The translations under genes and the position numbers were made by a program. A model generated the notes under the pieces. That model was not told the origin of the DNA. It did no database searches and was given only the letters and a program-made list of their open reading frames with translations. DNA of 64,000 nucleotides from Gonapodya sp. JEL0774 (lineage: Eukaryota), in NCBI GenBank assembly GCA_027604505.1, contig JADIIX010000095.1, forward strand, positions 1 through 64,000, written 5' to 3'. Positions within the stretch are counted from its first letter, which is position 1, and each line of letters opens with the position of its first letter. This document shows, piece after piece, positions 52,421 to 64,000 of the stretch.

Positions 52421-55303
52421 TCACACCTCCACCTCGGAAACATCCTTGCTTCCCCGCCTCCCTCTCCTCGCCAGCGCGCCCTTCAACTCCTCCAGCATCC
52501 TGCCAGCTTCCGACCGTCGCGTCCGCTCCCGTGCTTCTTCTTCTCGCCGCGCTGCTGCGAGTGCAATGCGCTCGGCGCGAGGCAATATGGCAAACTGAAC
52601 GTGGTCACAAAAAATGAGCCAAAGTGAGAACCCCAGACCCGAGTAAATGGAACCGTCGCGCCACACTCAGCTCACCTTCCCAACAGGTTCCGCCTCGCCC
52701 TCCCAAACCTCTTCATCGCCAACCCCGCGCTGATCACCCTCTGCAATATCCTCGTCTTCGCTCCATAGCCTCACCAACCTCTCGGCTTTCTCAAAGGGCG
52801 AACGAGAAGGCTCGCTATCTTCCTCACCCTCCGTCGTATCGTCCTTTATCCCCCCTCCATCATCCTTGCCCGCCGTTTTCCGCTCGAAAAGCTCTCGCTC
52901 CTCTTCCATGGCCACCATAGCCTCGTCGAATTCTGCTCCCACACGTCGAAAATCTGTCCGCAGCTGATCGTACGCCGCCTTGAACGCTCGCCACGCCATG
53001 GGCGGACCGTGCAAGACAGAGAGAGAAGATGAAGTGGCCTGTCCATCCTCGTTACCAGTGTCTGTATCTGCCCGTTCACCTGTGCGGCGAGAGACAACAT
53101 ACAGCTTGGTACGTAGGCTGGCTAAATCACGGTCGAGTTCAGCGAGGCGGTGAAGTAAGGGGGAGTGGGAGGCGGCGTATCGAGTGCGAGTGGGGAACGG
53201 AGAGTTTTGTGAGGATGGCAAAACGGGAGTGCTGAAATGGGACATTGAAGTGGATGCCGACAGGGGGGAGTCTGTCGAGATTCCTGTCCAGAACAAAACA
53301 AATAGGCAACGTGTATAAGTTCTACGATAGACATAAATGAAAGTGAAAAAAGTGATGCTCACGAAATTCCTCCGTTTCTGCCTCTTCAATCACCAGCCCA
53401 GCCCTCTGCGCAGCCCTCCGTGTATCCCTCAACGCTGCTGAAACCCTCGTCCAAGCCTTGACGAGTGCATCCACAGCCTTTGGTGGCCGCTCAGCCCGTA
53501 TCGACTTGCCATGAGGCTCCGCCAACGGCCTGCAGGCGCGGACGAAACGAGCGAGCATGGAAAGAAGGGCAAGATTGTCCCGCCCAAGAGCGTCCAGTTG
53601 GATCCGAAGCGCTTCAAGTGTCACTGTTCCGTCCCGAGAAGGCGGCCGTGACGGCGGCCGTGCTCGGCGGGAATCGTCGCTGCTCCGAGATGGTGGCCGC
53701 GGGGACGCAACGTCTACGTCTTCATCCTCCCCATCGTCCTCATCTCCGTCCCGATTCTCACCCAAAGCGATAGTTACAACGCGCATTTCCGAAATGGCCT
53801 CGTCGATTTCATGTCGTGCGGAAGCGCAGGCGAGCAGAGATTGGGCTAAGGCGACGTGTAACGAGCGCTTCAATCGGGCGCAAAGGGTCGGCGGTTCGTA
53901 TTCGTCCGTGGGGGAGGAAGGCTCATCAACATCGGAGCTGAGTGGAGTGGGCGTCATGTGAGAGAATCGAGGTCAGCTTTGCGAGGTACACACCACCTAC
54001 ACCATTCGCAGCGTTCACCTAACAAATCCACGTGCGGAGGCTTCCACCTCAGCAACTGCGCGCACACAACGTCGGGCAGCACGCTCAAGGCGCTGAGTAG
54101 CATCGAGGTGACCGCGAAGAGCTGCGAGATGGTGCGATTCAGCTTGTCGGTATTGCAGTGAGAGCTGTTTGTGACGGATGTGCGGGGAGAGTGAGTAACT
54201 GTACAAGACCGATTACACCGATACACTTCGTCCATCAGACCGGGTGTCAAATAGGCCAAGAGTGTATCACGAGAGCTGTTACCTCTTCCAGCATCGAAGC
54301 TCATATTCCACGTGCATTCAGCTCATTTGTTTCATCAAGCATTGCATCGCACCGCCACAACCGAGATCTTCAAAACTCCACAGAAAGACGTCATTGATTT
54401 CTTGTCGCTGTTCTTTGGTTTGAGTTGGACTCACCATTCTTGCCTTCGAAATACGGTATGCCCCCAACAACGCCAACAAGAGTAGACCAATGAAGAAAAT
54501 GTCACCAACAAATCGCAGGCCTCTTTTATTTCTCAGGTTCCACCATTTCCCGGCTCGGATTAAAATCTGAGGAGTGGCGATGAGTGCAACAGGTCCGATC
54601 CAGACTTCGGCGTGCTTTAGCATAGCGGATGTCAGTCGGTCGAGTACTGAGTGTGTGGTGTTCGGAGGTAGTTCTTGAAGAGAAATAATTCCAGAGTTTA
54701 TTGATGCGAGGAGGTGTGCGGGCCATACAATAGAATGTCCAAGTGGTTTCGATTGGAGGTGGAGGAGAAAATGTTCGAGTGTCAGGGCCACCGTCTGCAA
54801 AAACGGTGGTGCAAACAGTGGACGAGGCTTGATATGGGCAGAGGCGGGGTGTTTGGAGGGAATGGAGTGTGATGGTGGGTAGGTATGCAGATGGGAAACG
54901 GTGGGGAGGAGGGAATGTTGTCCATTTTTAATGAAGTGGTATGAGAAAGACATGGACAGCAATTTAGTATAATCCCAAAAGTAGGATAGTTCAACTCCAT
55001 CGTTCCAGTCACTCGAGTAGTCACATACCTTGAAAGAGTAAGTGATTTTCTTCCTAACTCTCATCCACCACAAACGGCTTCTGTTGGCGCCATCGAGCGC
55101 TGATGCTACATCTTCATGTCCATGTTCGACGTCAGCGTCTGAGAAAGAAGTGCATCGAAATTATCAAGTTTAGGTTCCCGGGAGACGTTCACCTTGTCAC
55201 CACAATCGTGCAGATAGGATCCTCTAAAAATAGTCTGAGACGCAGGCCTACCTTCCAGGATGTCCGCCATCGGAGTACCTGCGAAGACGACAGGTTCTCC
55301 CAT
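52421..55303 (-). CDS. Vezatin-like (VezA / myosin-binding domain) membrane protein
   Basis: N-terminal EPVVFAGTPMADILEG, a central hydrophobic hairpin, and C-terminal VWEG..LPRAERIA..RMLEELKGALARR, all typical of fungal vezatins. Confidence 0.75.
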
Positions 55304-55566
55304 CCTGAAAATGAATGATCGGAATGGTGATTGACCCGTCGGTCATGAGCAGATGAAGGCCTCGAATGCATTCCGACTTTCGAATTTATAATTATTCAAC
55401 CATGGATTCTCAGAATCAATCAAGAGATACATGGCAGTGTTTCATAAGTATTTTACGTACCCTTCGTTCTTTGGAACTAAGTGATCATGGCTGAGAGTAA
55501 ACAGCCATCCCGTTCCTGACATGTTCCACAATAGTTTGAAATATCTCTTGAACCTGGACGCTGTTT

Positions 55567-57383
<1,817 letters not shown>

Positions 57384-57685
57384 ATTTGGTGACGTCAGTT
57401 TTGCATGGACGGTGTTTGAGCCATGTGTCGTTAGACAGATTTGCACCTCCGTCAAATATCACTCGACTTGCTGTGCCCTAAGATCTAAATAACGTAGATC
57501 GAGTAGAATCAACATATTTAAAATGACGCTTCGGAGCTTGTCAATTCTTGAGTGTAGTTGTTCCGTTGTTGAACGTGAGTACCCATGCAAATTCAATCCC
57601 GACGAAAGCAAAGCTGGATGCGACTCGGCTGAAAAATGTGGAAGACAGAATTTTGCAGTACTGTTGATCCATGTTGCACACTAAC

Positions 57686-60514
57686 ATGGTTGGACCGCAC
57701 CAGTCCGACCACGAAAATTTTGAATCAACTACATTCCAAAACTTGTGATTACATCCTCTTGCAACATTGGTATATTGAGCCACTGGGTAATATGAACGGC
57801 TACGAGCGCTCAGAGTTATGGGGCGTCGCTCCAGGTGGAGCTAATGGTGGAGGGCGAGAGGAGTGGTTTCAGCAGCTCGTATCCAGAGTGATTTCGGAAC
57901 CAGAGCACCAGGAAACTACCACACAATCGATATCAAGTGTTAATGGAGGTGAACCTAGGTTGCTTCTTTACGGATTCGTAGACCTATTGAACCTTTGGTG
58001 AGTTGGAAGTGTGCTCATCAACTCAGTGTTGGCCGTCGCAACCCTTTGATTCCCACTGACTCAAACTTTCTCGTTATCCGTTTCCGTTATTATGATGGAA
58101 CTTGATCCTGTGTAGGGGGACCGGAGCTCAAGCTATGGGGCAGGCGCTTGGTCTTGGCGACCTAGATGATCGAGCTAGAGTAGATTTCAGAAGACTCGCA
58201 GGCATTGCTTCAATGCAAGAACAAATTATTGCAGGGACTTCAAGTCAAGTTCTTTGGGCAGAAGGTGAGCGGCTGTGGAGAGCGAATGCCTGGACAAAAG
58301 CGTATTGCGAAGATGGTGGTCACTGCCACTGGAGGACTTTGTGCTCAAGTGGGGACACGAGCCACAGTGAACTCTCCTATGAGGAAATTTGTGGCAGCGA
58401 GTTGGATCGTAGTTTGGAAAAGCGTAATTGATCTCTTGTGAGACTAGCAATGAGGCCAGAGAAAGTTCTTGGATCCACTCCCTGGAATGGTTTCGTCGTT
58501 GATGCACTCTCCTATGAGATCTCATTCAAATTTATTGCAGGGTGGTACTTCACTCCGTCTGATCCTCAAACTGCGGCAGGAATCCTCGTCCCCAACGAGA
58601 ACCCCGAAGCGCCAGCGGACACCCCAGATGAGTGGTGGCGAACATGCATTGTTAGATACGAGGGTAACGAAAGAATGAGGAGTATGGAGGGCAAAGTGGG
58701 CAACACCTCGTACTCCAGGTATGGAGACACGAGACCGGACCCGCAAATGTTGTCTCGCGCTGCGAGTCTAGCCACGGAGCTTATGGAAGTGTGGGAAGTT
58801 GGGGTGAAAAGCGTGGTGGTGCTTTTTAGTGGGAGTGGGGAGCTTGGGACACTGGTCGAGGTCAGTGTTTGCCAGCAACACTAGTGGTCCTGCGGCGCAG
58901 ACATCGCCAACCTGACCACAACATTAAATCATCACGACTACTGCACTTGCTAGACCGCGCTTTCTCATCGTGCGCGTCGAGCCGACCGTTTTTCTGTCGA
59001 CGAAACCTCGATACCAGTTCCCAAGTTTGTCTTTTATGCCCCTCGTGGATTCATGTCACCAGACCTCATTTCGCTCGCCAACCTTCATCCAACAATGTGT
59101 GAGTGCAGGGAACTAGACCTGGGGCTGAGTGGTGAAGCAGTGAATACCGTGTGGATGATCGAGTGGTTATACTTTAAAATCTCACGAAGACCGTATCCAG
59201 GCTCTCGTGCCACCGCTCTGCGTCCCCCACCCAAGATTTCCCCCTACGTCTTTGGTGCATTTGCCATCGGGGCGGACGGCCTTACTTCGCAAACTTCGAG
59301 TGCCGGCCACTGCCCATTCGCTGCCACATCTAGACGCTCTTGCAATTGATTTAAGCCGTCGCTACGGTGTAGTTACACGGTGGTGCGTCGTTGTGAATGC
59401 GCCCATAGTCGCACGCGCTCCCGGGGAAGGGTCTTGGGATTTGGCTGTGGTGTTTGGGACCGGAGCAGTCACAGAATGGGATCGATGTAGAGAAGGCGTG
59501 GCAGCGTTGTTGGAAAATCCGGAAACGTATTCCGCAGAAGAGGCCGGGGAGGTTGGGTTTCCTGGAGGGTAAGTGCGTGTACCTATCGTTCCCCCATTGG
59601 TGGTCACTCTTGACACCACCGTATCGCCATCAATAGAACACCACGACCTTCCCCTGCGCGGTCCAGTCACTCCACACCAACGAAAGCGAAGGCAGCCGTG
59701 CCTCCAGCATTGACGACGCCAATATCATCTGGTTCCAGGATGCCTAGTCCACCAACTTCCGCTAGTCTCGGGCCCGCGACCACGACTGTGACGTCCGTTG
59801 TGACACCGATACGAAATGGAGGTGGTATGGTTGGAAGCGGGAGCATGGTGGGGATGCTTTCCGTCATGTTGTGCTGCCACACTTCATAACATGACCTTTA
59901 GCCAAGCACTCCAAGCCCTAGTCCTGGTATGAGCAATCAGGAGCTCCCCACAAAAGGTGCTAGCCAAGAGGTTGAAGTGAGTCATGAAAAGATGAGGCTT
60001 GGCGTTGTGCCCGCGGCTGTAATCTCTCCTCCTCCCACAGTACTTGAATGACCACGATACTCCTCTTTGGCTAGCTAGGGCTCGCTCACCCACCCCGGAG
60101 CCAGAACGGGAGTTTGTGACTATCAAGACACGGAAGCGAGCACCGTCGCCATCCAAGGGACTGAGCTTCAGCGCTGTTGCAAAACCTGGTGCCCCAAAGT
60201 TGGCTTCCGGCCCCGAACGTCAAGCAAATGTTGTCGGCTCACCTCCTGCCCCACCGTCGACCTTTGCATCTCCCGTAAAGCTCTGCCTGGACTCGTTCGC
60301 ATGCCCTAAAGGTCTCGATTGCGCCCTGCGACATGAACCAGAAGAGCGCCGATTCTTTGGCATGCTCAAGCGCTTGAATGCAAAACTTCCAGGAGCGAGA
60401 TACAAAGCTCAACCTTGTCGTGCTTGGCTTGAAGGGACCAAGTGTCGCAACCTGGACGGAGATCAACCGGGGAAAACGGCCATGTGTAGTTGGGCTCACG
60501 GTAAGGGAACGTGA
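57686..60514 (+). CDS. Uncharacterised multi-exon protein ending in two CCCH-type zinc fingers (might be two genes)
   Basis: Spliceable ORF fragments; C-terminus KLCLDSFACPKGLDCALRH and YKAQPCRAWLEGTKC..MCSWAHG. Confidence 0.55.
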
Positions 60515-60963
60515 CGTGTCTTTTCGGGTGCGAATCCATGCTGCATCTGATAGTGGACCTTCTGCACCATTTGTCGAACTTTCTCTGCATTCTACAGGCT
60601 CCTCAGGTAAGTCTAACGTAGTTCTTGCGGCCTTCAGTGCACAAGCCCACCTCAATAATTTTTTCAGATTATTGGTGTCTATACTGCCATACAATAGGCC
60701 ACAAGAGCGAACATTGTGAGAGGAGATGGAAGCAAAGATCTTAGAACGGTACAAGCCTTCATTCCACGCACTAATCGCAGTAACGTCGATTCACATCACT
60801 CAGATTGCACGGAAAGAGGTTTTTGGAAGCCCCTACTTCCTGAATTGTAAAATGAAATCTACGATATTCTTTTGTGAGCAAGTGCATGACCAAAGCGAAC
60901 CAGGGACTGGGACCGTTGAAACACCAGCCGTACCCATTGATTTATTCACTGCTTCTCCTTGAA

Positions 60964-62076
60964 ATGCTGTCCCCTGAATCTCGTACAGACGAAGACGTCA
61001 CTGTTGAAGACGTCAAAGGTGAAATCCTCAAGTTCATGGCGGAAGAGCAGGTTCGTTCCACGGCATGGGGGTGGGGAACTGACCGTTCTTGATTTGATTC
61101 TCGCTCGAGAGGGTTTGATCCGGCAAGAAAACAATCAAATCACTTTACTATGCCTACATTCTTTGATAATCACGGCGTTTATTGCCTTGTGGACTCTCCT
61201 GGTTCCCGTGTTCACTGAAATCCCACTCACGGCTCTCTGGTCTCCTGTTGTTCACCGACGAAGCCTGAAGAGGACAACGAGGACACTGACTACAAAGAAG
61301 ATGGAGTGGAAGAGGATGAAGATGATGCCGAAGATTCCAAGGTTGGTTGGCTGCCACTGTTGCTCTCTCTACCTTCCCGTCTCGTTCAAATTTTTTTTTG
61401 ATTTGACCTTTATTCTCATGTCACTGCTTTGAAAATCTCGCGGATCTTACTATTCATACCAAAATTTGCACTTCAGGACACCATCTCGCCGGACGAAATC
61501 GAGATTGAGCAAGAAGAAATCGACGCGACTGTTGCAGAAGCAGTTTCGGGAGACGCAGAATTCTCCGTGCCCGGAATCATTACACCCGCGCAAGTGCTGA
61601 GGTCGGGAAAGAAGGTGTGGACTGAAGTTCGCGGAACCACTCTGGAGAAGGCCGAGTTCGTGAGTGTTGCGGTGTCAATCTTCAGGTTCGACGGTAGTTT
61701 GTATGTGCTGCATCATGTTTCCAAAATCAGGATGACGAAGAAGACTCCGATTTCGAGGATGCAGATCCCGACGAAGAGGACGACGATGAGGAATTAGATG
61801 AGGTAATTCGACCCCCACGAGATGCTTTCTGCGTTGCTGACACCCACGAACCCCAGGCTGATCCCGTCAACGAGGATGAACTCCGACAGATTGTGAAAGA
61901 AGGAGGTGCGTGACGTGCAATTAGTTTATGTCAGTTACTTGAGTCACCGACACTGCTTAAATGCAGAAATCGACCCAAAGTTTCTAAAGGCGGCACGTAC
62001 ACTGCGGGGCGGCAAAGAGATCAAGGACGAGGATATGGAAGATGTAACAGGGCGCATTCAGGCGCTCATGAATTAG
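60964..62076 (+). CDS. Small, highly acidic protein with two LR(S/G)GK motifs
   Basis: Exons joined by GT-AG introns; D/E tracts; QVLRSGKK and RTLRGGKE. Confidence 0.7.
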
Positions 62077-62581
62077 TACGGTGATCAGTCGAGGTTGAAT
62101 TTAGTGTCTCATGTTTATCCCTGGGTGATGAATGAGCCAGTTGGGTGGGAAATTAATGATGTGCGATTAGGATGAAAGGTACATGAGATTGATAGGGTTT
62201 TGGTGCCATCCATGCCATGCACCAGTGAATCGAGAATATTACGTTGGTGTGGAAGTGGAGGGTTAAAAGGGAGCACCGCCCCAGACACTCGCACCCTGGA
62301 AATTGGGGGGCGGCGGTAATGTGGCGCGGTCATGGCCTTTTGTGAATTCGCTTGTGGCCAGCCCAACTAAGGCCAAACCCTCCGTCTCCCCTCGCCTTCC
62401 CGAAACATTCAATCCATTCAAATCTGGACAATTCTTCGACTTCACACATCTTCAATCGGCAAGTGAGATACGATTAATTCTGTGCATCATTCAATCGTTG
62501 AAAGTTCACGGAGAAACCGCTTATTTGAAAAAGGTTTCCCCGCTCAACCTCTTTACAATCCAACACCGATAGACCTTCGTC

Positions 62582-64000
62582 ATGGCTGATGACGCTATCA
62601 GAAACCTCGGTGAGGCTCCTGCTCTTCCTCTTCTTAATTACCTTGGAAAGCTCTTACCCTTCCATGAACGATTTCTGTCGTAGAATCTCAAAAGAGATGG
62701 CTCAACATGGCCATGGACGACGCTCGGGACTTCAGTGGTATCGAACAGAAAATTCAAAAGTTCAGGGCTACTCTCGACTCATCAATGAGCGTTCTTGCTG
62801 GTCATCCCTATGTTGCGTCCGCGCGACAGTATCTGGTTGAACAGGAGGTAATCTCGCTGATTGCGTTTTGCTGATTTCAGATTACGGAAACCGAAACCTC
62901 TTCTGCCTCTTTTACTCAAGAATTTATTCATTTTCAAGCAAGCAACCGAGCAAGCAGAAAGGGAAATATCCAAAGCCAAGAATTTGCTCCGGTACGCGGA
63001 GATGTCGATGCCTCAAGTGAGTGAGCAGAGATACTGGTATTGCTTTCGATTGTTAAGCATTACGTTTTTTGCCTAAGCAAATGGATCGTGCCAAGCAACA
63101 AGTACAAGAAGCTATTGCGGTCGCCACTGGGCTCTTGTCCAACCCTCAATACTCTGGCCTTCCTGTGGTGCACGCATTCGCGCCGGCCTTCCTCGCTGGG
63201 CCAGCCAAGGAAATGGACATCAAAGTTAACTCGGCGGCCATCCTTCAAGAGGCTGAAGACAAGATTCGAGTCGCTAAAAACAACTTACGATATGTGCAAG
63301 GACAGCTGGACAGCTCCGTGAGTAGTCCTGGGTCCTCTAAAATCGTGTTCCGTTATTATTCATTCGTGGCTCTATTAGAACGCAGAGGGGGCACAGAGAT
63401 ATCTGAAGGCCGCTCTCGATGCAGCGCAACCCCTTCGTGCTGACCCCAAGTTTCTCATCGTACCGGAAGTTGTCGCTTTCTTGAACGATTTGGCAGTCTC
63501 AGAATCCGAGCTGGGTGCCAAAATCAAACATGTTGGGCTCATTTCAGAGTATCAATCCGCTGTGTACCCTGCGCGGAACCTTGAGCGCCAAATGGGTAAG
63601 TGAACACCATGGAGCCCTCGCGACAATCTCCTGAACTTCTAAACCTGATTCGTTATCAACCGCTTGCAAGAAAATCTCAAAACAATGGACGACGTCACGT
63701 ACATGGGCAAAGATCGTGCCCTAAGCACACTCTCTCAGCTCAAAAAGACCATCGACGATTTCACAGCTCGTTTTGGATCTCTGGACGTCGCTGCACCCAC
63801 CATTCTTTCCATGCGTTCGGCTGCCGAGAAAGCAGAACAGCTACTGGGTGTTGGCCAACGAGCTCCTGAACCACAGGTCGTCGTACGCGCTCCTCCTCCC
63901 CAAGCCAAGCCAGAGCCGCAAATCGTTGTCCCAGCGAGTAGTCAGTCGCGCACGCAGGAGCCGCAGGCGACGCGTGCACCCACTGGACCTCCCATTCAGC
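62582..64000 (+). CDS. Uncharacterised helical-repeat protein (runs off the window)
   Basis: Spliced ORF from MADDAIRNL|ESQKRW..; internal repeats AEREISKAKNLLRY / AEDKIRVAKNNLRY; then a Pro/Gln-rich linker. Confidence 0.7.

Overview
Gene-dense, intron-rich (short GT-AG introns) eukaryotic DNA from an early-diverging, flagellated fungus. A chytrid-grade lineage such as Gonapodya is inferred from fungal-type genes together with the ciliary genes B9D1 and RIIAD1-like and an apparent selenoprotein. About 27 protein-coding genes can be reconstructed by hand: a tandem UPF0658-like membrane-protein pair plus an orphan third-copy tail, a septin, mS29/DAP3, B9D1, RTF1, NOG1, CHMP2B-like, ARL8, NOC4, mL54, FrnE/DsbA-like, uL24m, SQT1/AAMP, U2AF65, SIL1, GCIP-like, TMEM164, VPS24, RIIAD1-like, vezatin, acetate kinase and several unknowns. 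Two results stand out. (1) The FrnE/DsbA-like gene has an in-frame TGA exactly at the first catalytic Cys (SDTV-U-PWC) and a SECIS-like hairpin in its 3' UTR, so it is a probable fungal selenoprotein. (2) Two paralogous genes encode BTB/POZ + BACK/NPH3-like repeats fused to a C-terminal globin domain, a candidate heme/gas-sensing CUL3 adaptor. Exon boundaries and family calls were made by eye; no database searches were run.
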